Origin: an uncultured Clostridia bacterium | Lineage (GTDB): Bacteria; Bacillota; Clostridia; TANB77; CAG-508 | Direction of reading: 5' to 3' | Length of the DNA stretch: 64,000 nucleotides | Assembly (NCBI GenBank): GCA_947626875.1 | Contig: CANQTV010000002.1 | Location: 10,324-74,323, forward strand | Shown: positions 37,603 to 46,209 of the stretch, one piece after another | How the letters are laid out: each line of letters begins with the position of its first letter | Numbering within the stretch: position 1 is the stretch's first letter | Notes under the pieces: generated by a model | What the model was told of the DNA's origin: nothing | What the model saw: only the letters and a program-made list of their open reading frames with translations | The model's database searches: none | Program-made: the position numbers and the translations under genes

Positions 37603-39294
37603 ATGACAGACATTGAAATTGCAAAAAGTGTTGAACTAAAGAATATTACAGAAATTGCAAAAAAACTAGGAATAGAGGAGGAAGAAATAGAGCAATATGG
37701 CAAATATAAGGCTAAAATTTCACCAGAAGTATATGAGAAGAGAAAGAATAAAGAAGATGGTAAATTAATTTTAGTAACAGCCATAAATCCAACACCACTA
37801 GGAGAAGGAAAAACTACAATATCTATTGCTGTGGCAGATGGACTTTCAAAAATAGGAAAAAAATCAATTTTAGCATTAAGAGAGCCATCATTAGGTCCTG
37901 TTTTTGGAATTAAAGGAGGAGCTGCAGGTGGTGGTAGAGTTCAAGTTGCACCAATGGAAGATATAAATTTGCATTTTACAGGTGATATTCATGCAATAAC
38001 AGCAGCAAATAACCTTTTATCAAGCTTAATTGATAACCATATTTATTTTGGAAATAATTTAAAATTAAAAGAAGTAACTTGGAAAAGATGTGTAGATCTA
38101 AATGATAGGCAATTAAGAGTAGTTGATACAGGATTATCACAAGAAAAAAATATTGTACCAAGAAGAGATGGATTTAATATAACAGTTGCATCAGAAATTA
38201 TGGCAATTTTATGTTTGGCAACTGATTTAGAAGATTTAAAAGAAAAACTTGGAAATATTGTGATTGGGTATAATGAAGATGAACAACCAGTATATGCAAA
38301 AGATTTAAATGCACAAGGAGCTATGGCAGTACTTTTAAAAGATGCTATAAAACCAAATTTAGTACAAACGTTAGAACATACACCAGCTATTATACATGGT
38401 GGACCATTTGCAAATATTGCACATGGATGTAACAGTATAATTGCAACAAAAACAGCATTGAAATTAGGAGAATATACAATTACTGAAGCAGGATTTGGTG
38501 CAGATTTAGGTGCAGAAAAATTTTTAGATATTAAATGCAGAAAAGCAAAAATAAAACCAGATGCTGTTGTATTAGTAGCTACAATAAAAGCATTAAAATA
38601 TCATGGTGGTGTGCCAAAATCAGAAATTCAAAAAGAAAATAAAGAAGGATTACAAAAGGGATTAAGAAATTTATTAACACATATTGATAATTTGAAAAAT
38701 CAATATGGATTGAAAGTAATAGTTGCATTAAATCGTTATCAAACAGATACAGAAGAAGAAATCGAATTTCTACAAAATGAACTTAGTCAAAAAGATGTAT
38801 TGCTTAGTTTAGTAGAAGGATGGGCAAAAGGAGGAGAAGGTGCAATTGATATTGCAAATAAGATTGTACAATTAACATCAGAAACAGAATTTATAAATGA
38901 ATCTTCAATGATAGATGAAGAAGTAAACTATATTTATCCATTAGGAGATGACATAAAAACAAAGATAGAAAAAGTTGCAACAAAGATATATCATGCAGCA
39001 GGAGTAGAATTTACACCAGAAGCAATTACAAATATAGAAAAAATAGAGAAATTGGGATATAAAGAATTACCTGTGTGTATAGCAAAAACTCAATATTCAT
39101 TATCAGATGATGATAAAAATTTAACAGATGAAGGAGATTATGTAATACATATCCGTGATGTAGAATTAAAAGCAGGAGCAGGATTTGTTGTAGCACTAGC
39201 AGGAAAAATAATGACAATGCCAGGATTACCAAGAGTGCCAGCAGCAGAAACAATAACTATAGACAAAGATGGAAATGTAGAAGGTATTTTTTAG
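37603..39294 (+). CDS. fhs: formate--tetrahydrofolate ligase
   Basis: TAINPTPLGEGKTT P-loop, EPSLGPVFGIKGGAAGGG, and GGPFANIAHGCNS. Confidence 0.95.
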   Translation: MTDIEIAKSVELKNITEIAKKLGIEEEEIEQYGKYKAKISPEVYEKRKNKEDGKLILVTAINPTPLGEGKTTISIAVADGLSKIGKKSILALREPSLGPVFGIKGGAAGGGRVQVAPMEDINLHFTGDIHAITAANNLLSSLIDNHIYFGNNLKLKEVTWKRCVDLNDRQLRVVDTGLSQEKNIVPRRDGFNITVASEIMAILCLATDLEDLKEKLGNIVIGYNEDEQPVYAKDLNAQGAMAVLLKDAIKPNLVQTLEHTPAIIHGGPFANIAHGCNSIIATKTALKLGEYTITEAGFGADLGAEKFLDIKCRKAKIKPDAVVLVATIKALKYHGGVPKSEIQKENKEGLQKGLRNLLTHIDNLKNQYGLKVIVALNRYQTDTEEEIEFLQNELSQKDVLLSLVEGWAKGGEGAIDIANKIVQLTSETEFINESSMIDEEVNYIYPLGDDIKTKIEKVATKIYHAAGVEFTPEAITNIEKIEKLGYKELPVCIAKTQYSLSDDDKNLTDEGDYVIHIRDVELKAGAGFVVALAGKIMTMPGLPRVPAAETITIDKDGNVEGIF

Positions 39295-39304
39295 TTAGAA
39301 AAAA

Positions 39305-39352
39305 GGGAAAAGGGGACGCCCTTTTTTTCCCTATCTAAATTTTCCCTATTTG
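39305..39352. repeat. family-1 element, left half only
   Basis: GGGAAAAGGGGACGCCCTTTTTTTCCCTATCTAAATTTTCCCTATTTG lies 10 nt after the fhs stop. No right half is present before the Rpn gene. Confidence 0.85.
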
Positions 39353-39410
39353 AAAAATTTCTAATGTCGAATTTTGTCAAAAATTTGTGATAAAAATATA
39401 TCGCAAAGTA

Positions 39411-39439
39411 TTGACAAATTCGACTTTTTGCATTATTAT
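39411..39439 (+). promoter_or_regulatory. consensus-like promoter inside a 59-nt palindrome upstream of the Rpn gene
   Basis: TTGACA-N17-TATTAT. The -35 hexamer is part of the right arm of the inverted repeat GTCGAATTTTGTCAA (39366-39380) / TTGACAAATTCGAC (39411-39424). Confidence 0.4.
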
Positions 39440-39586
39440 GACTTCAATACATTATTTAAAGTCTTTTAAGATTGATTCTATTTTTTAAGATAATTATTTT
39501 AATTCGAAAAATTTCCAAAAACCAAGAAAATAAGAAAAATCGTGCAAAAAATTAAAACTAACAACAATTTTACTACAAAAGAAAAC

Positions 39587-39615
39587 TTGACTTATAAAAA
39601 AAGAATGTATATAAT
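39587..39615 (+). promoter_or_regulatory. second promoter-like hexamer pair immediately upstream of the Rpn SD
   Basis: TTGACT-N17-TATAAT. The -10 hexamer ends 1 nt before GGGAGGAG, so a transcript from here would have almost no leader. Confidence 0.3.
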
Positions 39616-39627
39616 GGGAGGAGAAAA

Positions 39628-40611
39628 ATGTTATTGATGATAAATAAAAAAACAAATCAGCCATATGATAAGATTTATAGGAAGATATTATCCAATAAAA
39701 TACAAGTAGTAGGACTGTTAAATAGATATATAAAAACTGAAGAAAAAATCACAGAAGATAATATAGAAAGATATCAAAGCAAATTTGTAAATGCACAATT
39801 TGAAAACAGAGAATCAGATATAGTATATAAAATAAAAAATACAAATGTATTTTTCTTAATAGAACATCAATCGAGAATAGATTATAACATGGCACAAAGA
39901 ATAGCAGAATATCAAATGGAAATAATTAAATTAGAAAATCCAAAAAAGGAAAATAGAAAAAATATAGTAGTGCCGTTAGTTATTCCATTAGTAATATATA
40001 CAAGTAATAAAGCAAAATGGAATGCGCAAAGAAGCATAACAAAAATGCAACCAAAAGTGAAGGGGTATAAAAGGTTAGGTTTAAGTGAATATCACTTATT
40101 AGATATAAATTCAATAGATGTAAATCAATTATTGCATGAAAATCTTTTTGTGTTAAGAATATTTGGATTAGAAAAGGCAAAAACTCAAGAAGAGCTAGGC
40201 AATATTTTTGAATATATCTTACATACAGAACAAGATAAAGAAAATATACAATTATTAAAAGAAATAGCATATTATGTGTACAACACAGTATTAGAAAATG
40301 AAAAAGTAAAAGAAAAATTTGAAGAATTGGAAGAAGGTGAGGAAAATATGAGTTTTGTAGATATGTTATTAGAAGAAAAAGAAAAACACATAGCAGAAGG
40401 CGAAAAATTGGGAATAAAGAAAGGACGAAGTGAAGGTGAAAAAATTGGAAGACAACAAGGTGAAAAAATCGGAAGGCAGAAAGGAGCACAAATTCAAAAA
40501 GAAAAAATAGCTAAAAATTTATTAAATTTAAAAATGAAAATACAGGATATAGAAAGAGCAACAGGTTTAAGTGAAAGCGAAATAAAAAAATTGCAAAAAA
40601 CTAAATCATAG
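39628..40611 (+). CDS. Rpn-family recombination-promoting nuclease / putative transposase (PD-(D/E)XK, YhgA-like)
   Basis: N-terminal DKIYRKILSN..., ...RESDIVYKIKNTNVFFLIEHQSRIDYNMAQRIAEYQ (the D..EHQS core of the YhgA/Rpn family), and a repetitive C-terminal EGEK(L/I)G..(K/Q)G tail. Confidence 0.8.
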   Translation: MLLMINKKTNQPYDKIYRKILSNKIQVVGLLNRYIKTEEKITEDNIERYQSKFVNAQFENRESDIVYKIKNTNVFFLIEHQSRIDYNMAQRIAEYQMEIIKLENPKKENRKNIVVPLVIPLVIYTSNKAKWNAQRSITKMQPKVKGYKRLGLSEYHLLDINSIDVNQLLHENLFVLRIFGLEKAKTQEELGNIFEYILHTEQDKENIQLLKEIAYYVYNTVLENEKVKEKFEELEEGEENMSFVDMLLEEKEKHIAEGEKLGIKKGRSEGEKIGRQQGEKIGRQKGAQIQKEKIAKNLLNLKMKIQDIERATGLSESEIKKLQKTKS

Positions 40612-40672
40612 ATTAGCATATATTAAAGAAAAAATGCACATCCTATAAAAAAAATATAGGAGGTCTATTTTT

Positions 40673-41608
40673 ATGATAAATTTTAGAACAGATTTAGCAT
40701 CAGAAAGAAGAGACTTATATAAAAAAGCAAATCAAATAGATGAGGAAATTGAAGGAATTGAGAGCGAAAAAGAGGAAATTGATGAAAATATAGCAATAGA
40801 ACGTGTAAAAATTACAAATCAAGAGGGAGAAAAAGCAATTGGAAAACCAATAGGAAATTATGTTACAATCGATATTAAAAAATTAAAAATAGCACAAGAT
40901 GAAGAAATTCAAAAAGCATCAGAAACTTTGACAGCTGAACTAAAAAAAATTGTAGATTTACATGTTGATAAACAAGGAGAAACATTAGTTGTTGGATTGG
41001 GAAACATATATGTTACACCAGATAGTTTAGGTCCAAAGGTTATAAATGAGATAGAAGTTACTAGGCATGTAATAAAATATTTACCACAATATGTAGAAGA
41101 AGGTACAAGAGAGATTAGTGCAATATCTCCAGGTGTTTTAGGCACAACAGGAATTGAAACATTGGAAATATTAAAAGGAATTGTTGATAATGTGCATCCT
41201 AAATTGTTAATAGTTATTGATGCACTTGCGTCAAGGAGTATAGAAAGGATTAGTAGTACAATTCAGATTTCTGATACAGGCATTGTACCTGGTGCAGGAG
41301 TGGGAAATACAAGAGCAGAGCTTAGTCAAAGAACATTGGGAATACCTGTTATAGCAGTAGGAATTCCAACAGTTGTGGAAACTGCAGTGTTAGTAAATGA
41401 TTGCTTGGATTTATTAATTGAAAAATTGCAAGATGAAGCAAAATCAAATGATATGTTAAATAATTTGAAAGAAGCAGACAATTATGAAGAAATTAGAGAG
41501 GCTTTGGTGCCAAATGATTATAATTTAATTGTAACTCCTAAGGAAATAGATGATTTAATTGAAAATATGAAAGATGTTGTAGCAGGCGGTATCAATGGTA
41601 GTTTATAA
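40673..41608 (+). CDS. gpr: GPR spore germination endopeptidase
   Basis: FRTDLASE N-terminus, VVGLGN..VTPDSLGP, and IDALASRS, which are peptidase A25 signatures. Confidence 0.88.
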   Translation: MINFRTDLASERRDLYKKANQIDEEIEGIESEKEEIDENIAIERVKITNQEGEKAIGKPIGNYVTIDIKKLKIAQDEEIQKASETLTAELKKIVDLHVDKQGETLVVGLGNIYVTPDSLGPKVINEIEVTRHVIKYLPQYVEEGTREISAISPGVLGTTGIETLEILKGIVDNVHPKLLIVIDALASRSIERISSTIQISDTGIVPGAGVGNTRAELSQRTLGIPVIAVGIPTVVETAVLVNDCLDLLIEKLQDEAKSNDMLNNLKEADNYEEIREALVPNDYNLIVTPKEIDDLIENMKDVVAGGINGSL

Positions 41609-41695
41609 TATAAATGAAAAAAATTGTAAAAAAAGTTGCAAAAAAGTAGTAATTCATATATAATCATGTTAGAAAAAGAAAAAGGAGGAGATATT

Positions 41696-42457
41696 ATGGC
41701 AGAAAATAAAGAAGATAAGAAAGAAATAAAAGAAAATAAGGAGACACCAAAAAAAGAAACTCCAAAAAACGAGGAAGTGAAAAAAGCATCTCCAAAAGAA
41801 GATAAAAAATTTGAGCCAGTGAAATCATCATCAGAGACAAAAAAAGCAACAAATACTGCAAAACCAAAAGCTGAAAAAGGTAAAAAGATAAATACAGTAC
41901 TAAGAGCGATAGCTGTTGTTATAGTATTAGCACTTGTGATAGGAATTATTTATATTGTATTGCCATCTCCAGCAAGAGAATTGCAACAAATGTTAAAAGA
42001 GTTAAAAGCAGGAAATTATGATAAAGTTCAACAATATGTAGATTATGATAAATTACTAGATTCTTCTGTAATATCAACAGATAATGAAGATCAAAGGAAA
42101 TTATTTTTTGAGGATTTAGAATTTACAGTAAAAGAAGTGAAACAAGAAGGAGATACAGCAAAGATTACATTAGAAGCAACTAATAAAGACTTTAAATCAA
42201 TTGTACAAAAAGCTGTTACAAAATTAGTTCAAAAATATTTTAGTAGTGAAAATGCAGAAATTGAAAATGTTTTGATAGAGGAATTACAAAATGAAAATGT
42301 TGAAAAAGTAACAACTACACAAACAATTACAGTTCAAAAACAAGATGGAAAATGGAGAGTTGTTGTAGATAATAGTTTAAAAAATGCAATTTTTCCAGGA
42401 TTGACAGAGACTTTAGATACGTTGACTAATGGTAATATGTTTTCAGAAAGCGACTAG
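41696..42457 (+). CDS. hypothetical membrane-anchored protein (K/E-rich N-terminus, one TM, DUF4878-like ectodomain)
   Basis: Start is ATG 41696 behind AAAGGAGGAG. TM segment VLRAIAVVIVLALVIGIIYIVL. C-terminal ...KITLEATNKDF......QKQDGKWRVV. Confidence 0.55.
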   Translation: MAENKEDKKEIKENKETPKKETPKNEEVKKASPKEDKKFEPVKSSSETKKATNTAKPKAEKGKKINTVLRAIAVVIVLALVIGIIYIVLPSPARELQQMLKELKAGNYDKVQQYVDYDKLLDSSVISTDNEDQRKLFFEDLEFTVKEVKQEGDTAKITLEATNKDFKSIVQKAVTKLVQKYFSSENAEIENVLIEELQNENVEKVTTTQTITVQKQDGKWRVVVDNSLKNAIFPGLTETLDTLTNGNMFSESD

Positions 42458-42461
42458 ATTG

Positions 42462-42476
42462 TAATTCTTTTCCAAC
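42462..42476. repeat. family-2 solo right terminus
   Basis: TAATTCTTTTCCAAC lies 4 nt after the stop at 42455-42457. Confidence 0.55.
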
Positions 42477-42487
42477 CGGGTTTGAAC

Positions 42488-42520
42488 AAAAAAGAAGGGC
42501 TATTTAAGCCCTTCTTTTTT
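42488..42520. terminator. bidirectional terminator between convergent genes
   Basis: AAAAAAGAAGGGCT-ATTTA-AGCCCTTCTTTTTT. It overlaps the last codons of the minus-strand ytxC-like gene. Confidence 0.8.
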
Positions 42521-43354
42521 ATGCTTATATAATTGACAAATATGGCAATCTGTACATAATTCAGTGCGCTTTTCAAATATTAAAATCAATGTATTTAAAA
42601 ATTCATCAATAGTTTGTTCTATTAAATGGATATATAGTTTTTTAGGTAATAAATTTAATAAAGTATTTAGTAAAAAATCATTATTTGAAAAAGTTATGTC
42701 AGATAAATATTTTCCATCTAAAAAATAATCTTTTATATCAATTTGATTCATTTCTTTGTCAAATAAGATAGGATTATTTTTGAAATATACAAGATGTAAA
42801 CAATCAATGTGTGAGGTTTGAGAATTGATATATAGTTTTAGTAAAGAAATAAATTCTAAATATTCTTTTTCAATAATAAATTGATTTACGGCATTATCAA
42901 CGATTTCATCTAAAATAGAAAAATAAGATTTTAAACGAAAATATATGAAACCAGTTAATATAATAGATTTATGTTCTTTTAAATATAGGTAAAACTGTTT
43001 TGTTAGATAAGAGAATTTTTTATCAAAGTAATTTGTAAAATCATCACTACAAATATCAAAACAGTTTTGTAATATTTTCTTTTTTTCTAATGCATCAAAA
43101 TAAAAATAATTTTGAGAGATACATGTTTTTAAGAAATTTTCTTCTAATTCGTCAATAACCATGTAAGATAAAATATTAGAAATAGTATGGATAAATTCAT
43201 CTATTTGATTACCAGTATAGTGAATAATAATATTATGATAATGCTTAAATTGATTTTGTGAAAAACAAACATTTTTTAATTTGCAAAAGTGGAATTCATT
43301 TAGTAGATAGGTTAGCAATTTTTCATTGTTTGTTTTTATACAAATGGATTTCAT
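42500..43354 (-). CDS. hypothetical protein, possibly YtxC-like sporulation protein
   Basis: 284 aa with a good SD. The size, composition and repeated aromatic/Leu pattern resemble YtxC. This assignment is from memory only. Confidence 0.35.
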   Translation of the reverse strand: MKSICIKTNNEKLLTYLLNEFHFCKLKNVCFSQNQFKHYHNIIIHYTGNQIDEFIHTISNILSYMVIDELEENFLKTCISQNYFYFDALEKKKILQNCFDICSDDFTNYFDKKFSYLTKQFYLYLKEHKSIILTGFIYFRLKSYFSILDEIVDNAVNQFIIEKEYLEFISLLKLYINSQTSHIDCLHLVYFKNNPILFDKEMNQIDIKDYFLDGKYLSDITFSNNDFLLNTLLNLLPKKLYIHLIEQTIDEFLNTLILIFEKRTELCTDCHICQLYKHKKEGLK

Positions 43355-43433
43355 TCAAAAAAACTCCCTTCCTAACTAGTATCTACTAAACTTAAAAACT
43401 TATACACTATCATATGAAAAAAAGCATAAAATG

Positions 43434-43460
43434 AAAATTGTCCCCAAAGGGACAATTTTT
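43434..43460. terminator. terminator downstream of the GH57 gene (minus strand)
   Basis: AAAATTGTCCC-CAAA-GGGACAATTTT. Confidence 0.7.
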
Positions 43461-45045
43461 AAAGATAAATATGATAATCGATATCAGGGAACAAACAATC
43501 TTGTTCTTGAACATTTTTTAAAAAAGTATCGTCGATTTTATTTTCTTTTATTTGTTTATATAATTTTGTAAAACGGCCAATATGGTCTTTAATTCTCTTT
43601 TTTGCATAATCGACCATTGTACCATTTGTAATAATAAAAAGCCAATCACTACTTTGTGCTAGTAAAAGTTCTCTGGCACATTGATTTAAAGCATCTTTTT
43701 GTAGACCTTCTGCATTAGGGAATAGATAGGCTAATTCGCACATTCTGTCACCAGCAACATGTAAATGTCTATGTACATAGTCATTTGATTGATTAAGCCA
43801 TACTTCACTATATCCATTTGCACCCCAACTTGAACGGCAAGGTGTTGAAACTTGAATTTCTGGATAACGATCAATATATTCAGAAGGTGTAATTAATGAG
43901 AAATTGCAGTCATCATAATAAATCTTTTTAAATAATATATATAACCAATAAGGACCTTCATACCACCAGTGTCCATATAATTCAGCGTCATAGGGGCATA
44001 AAATAATAGGTGGTTTTTCCATGTATGGAGAAATATCATTGATTTGCTTTACGCGAGAATCTAAAAAATGTCCAGCTTGCATTTCAGCAGAGTCCATGGC
44101 CCATTGAGGATTATAATAATCTTTATATTCTGTTTTTCCAGTGATACGATAATATTTTATACCTGTGTGAACACGCACACCATTATGTGCAATATATGGT
44201 TTAATGTAATCATAATCGGCTTCATAACCAATATCACGATAAAATTCTCTATAATTAAAATCTCCGGGGTATCCATTTATAGAACTCCAAACTTGGCGAG
44301 AAGACTCTAAGTCACGGCCGAAAGCAACTAGCCCATCAGGAGAGACAATAGGTGCAAAAGTTCCATAAATAGGGGTAGGGTTTGCATATAAAATGCCATG
44401 AGTTTCAGTTATGGCATATTCAATTCCAAATTCTCTTAAATATTTATCTGCTTCAGGTACATAACCACATTCTGGTAACCAAATACCACGAGGTTTTCTT
44501 CCAAAAAATCTTTCATATGTTTGTACACCAACAGCAATTTGTGCACGGACTGTTTTTTCATTTACATATAAAATAGGGAAGTATCCATGTGTTGCACCAC
44601 AAGTAATAATTTCCAAAACACCAATATCTTGGAAATGTTTGAAACCTTGGATTAAATTGCAATTATATACATCTTTAAAAATATGCAAATCATTTGAATA
44701 TCTATTATAATAATAATGAGATAATTCATTTAAACGTGCATCATAAGCAGTTCTTTTAATTTCTTTTTCAGACAATTCAATTAATTGTTCTAGATAATGT
44801 ATATATTTTTTTTGTAATAAAGAATTATCTAACATAGAAAGTAAAGGAGGTGTCATGGACATTGTAATCCTAAAATCAACACCTTCATCTACTAATTTTT
44901 TAAAATTTGTCAGTAATGGGATATATGTTTCTGAAATAGCTTCAAATAGCCATGATTCTTCTAGATAATCATCACTTTCTGGATGATGAATAAAAGGAAG
45001 ATGGGCATGTAGTACAAAACTGACATAACCTTTTTTCTCTTGCAT
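43459..45045 (-). CDS. GH57-family 1,4-alpha-glucan branching enzyme
   Basis: FVLHAHLPFIHHPE, GIWLPECGY (nucleophile Glu region), and CPYDAELYGHWWYEG (acid/base Asp region). Confidence 0.85.
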   Translation of the reverse strand: MQEKKGYVSFVLHAHLPFIHHPESDDYLEESWLFEAISETYIPLLTNFKKLVDEGVDFRITMSMTPPLLSMLDNSLLQKKYIHYLEQLIELSEKEIKRTAYDARLNELSHYYYNRYSNDLHIFKDVYNCNLIQGFKHFQDIGVLEIITCGATHGYFPILYVNEKTVRAQIAVGVQTYERFFGRKPRGIWLPECGYVPEADKYLREFGIEYAITETHGILYANPTPIYGTFAPIVSPDGLVAFGRDLESSRQVWSSINGYPGDFNYREFYRDIGYEADYDYIKPYIAHNGVRVHTGIKYYRITGKTEYKDYYNPQWAMDSAEMQAGHFLDSRVKQINDISPYMEKPPIILCPYDAELYGHWWYEGPYWLYILFKKIYYDDCNFSLITPSEYIDRYPEIQVSTPCRSSWGANGYSEVWLNQSNDYVHRHLHVAGDRMCELAYLFPNAEGLQKDALNQCARELLLAQSSDWLFIITNGTMVDYAKKRIKDHIGRFTKLYKQIKENKIDDTFLKNVQEQDCLFPDIDYHIYL

Positions 45046-45065
45046 TTTTAACTCCTTAAAAGTAT

Positions 45066-45983
45066 CTAAATTTTTCCTATACGGAAATTCCCAGATGATG
45101 GATTTCCTGAGGAAGGATTTGATAAATCATAAAAATTATCTTCTTCTTTATAAAATTTCTTATATAAGTCATGAATATTATATATTTTTTGCATACTATT
45201 TTTTACTTTTAATGAAGAAATAGGCTTGCTGTGTTGTTCATTAGTTTTTATATTTCTAATCAAAATATCTTCTTGAGTAAACAAAATATGATCATTTGGT
45301 GAAACGAGAGGATTAGAAATAGTAATGTAAAAATAGTTAGGCAAAGGAATTGGTTCATTTTTTGTGTATTCAGGGATTGGTTTTCTTGCAAGTTCAATAC
45401 GATAGTGGCAATCACTATCTTTAACATGTAAATACCAAGAATTAGCAAAATCATTGATTTCTACTTCATAACTATATTGCATGGTATCATTATAAATAAT
45501 TAAAATAGGACGTGTTTTTTCAAAGAAATTATCACCATATTGTTTTTTTAAATTTTCTCTATCAGTATCTGAAATATCCCAATAAATGAATAATGTATTT
45601 GGGGTTTGAGCAAGTAATTTTATAACAGTTTGATTATAACGGTATGGCAAATCATAATATTCTACAATATCTACTTTTTTATCAGCTGATACTTTTCTGG
45701 TTCTTGTTGTTTTTTTTGTAGTGGTAGCCTTTTTTGTGCCAGTTGTTTTTTTAGCTGTTGAGCCTTTTTTTGTACTGGTTGTTTTTTTTGTTGCTGAGCT
45801 TTTTTTTGTAGAAGAAGCTTTTTTAGTGCTACTTGTTTTTTTGGTAGTAGCCTTTTTTGTAGTGGTAGCTTTTTTTGTAGTAGGAACTACTTTATTACTA
45901 GTTGTTTTTTTTGTAGCAGTTGTAGTTTTTGTTGTAGTTATTTTACTTTCAATTTCTTTTTGCTCTTTTGTTTTCCTTGGCAT
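45066..45983 (-). CDS. DUF4912-family protein with T/K-rich repetitive N-terminus
   Basis: C-terminal YDLPYRYNQTVIKLLAQTPNTLFIYWDIS resembles DUF4912, which commonly lies upstream of GH57 genes. The N-terminal ~95 aa are degenerate TKK(A/T/S)TT repeats. Confidence 0.7.
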   Translation of the reverse strand: MPRKTKEQKEIESKITTTKTTTATKKTTSNKVVPTTKKATTTKKATTKKTSSTKKASSTKKSSATKKTTSTKKGSTAKKTTGTKKATTTKKTTRTRKVSADKKVDIVEYYDLPYRYNQTVIKLLAQTPNTLFIYWDISDTDRENLKKQYGDNFFEKTRPILIIYNDTMQYSYEVEINDFANSWYLHVKDSDCHYRIELARKPIPEYTKNEPIPLPNYFYITISNPLVSPNDHILFTQEDILIRNIKTNEQHSKPISSLKVKNSMQKIYNIHDLYKKFYKEEDNFYDLSNPSSGNPSSGNFRIGKI

Positions 45984-46130
45984 GACCCAATCCTCCTATG
46001 TATACTTTTTTACTGAGTATATACTATACCAAAATAGAAATAAATTCAAGTAAAATCGACAATATTTTTAAAAAAATTAACGGATTGAAAATTGTTCACA
46101 GAAAATTCACAAAAAATTTAGCAGAAAGTA

Positions 46131-46159
46131 TTGACAAGTGCTAAAAATGGATATAATAT
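46131..46159 (+). promoter_or_regulatory. sigma-A-type promoter of the hrcA operon (putative)
   Basis: TTGACA at 46131-46136. TATAAT at 46152-46157 gives a 15-nt spacer; TAATAT gives a 17-nt spacer. Confidence 0.45.
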
Positions 46160-46168
46160 ATATAGGAA

Positions 46169-46195
46169 TTAGCAATCGAACACATAGAGTGCTAA
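46169..46195 (+). promoter_or_regulatory. CIRCE operator (HrcA binding site)
   Basis: TTAGCAATC-N9-GAGTGCTAA versus the consensus TTAGCACTC-N9-GAGTGCTAA. It lies between the promoter-like hexamers and the hrcA SD. An extra half-site AGTGCTAA sits at 46137-46144. Confidence 0.9.
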
Positions 46196-46209
46196 AAGAG
46201 GTGATTAAA

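Noticed and set aside
39353-40672. The Rpn gene as a bona fide insertion sequence.
   Set aside because: I could find no terminal inverted repeats or target-site duplication bounding the segment, and Rpn/YhgA proteins are not demonstrated autonomous transposases. It is kept only as a context observation.
45721-46053. 110-aa plus-strand ORF (FFV-rich), and the Q-rich ORF 8722-8934 (+).
   Set aside because: Both are alternative-frame or antisense readings of low-complexity repeat DNA: the T/K array of DUF4912 and the T/N tail of the PBP.
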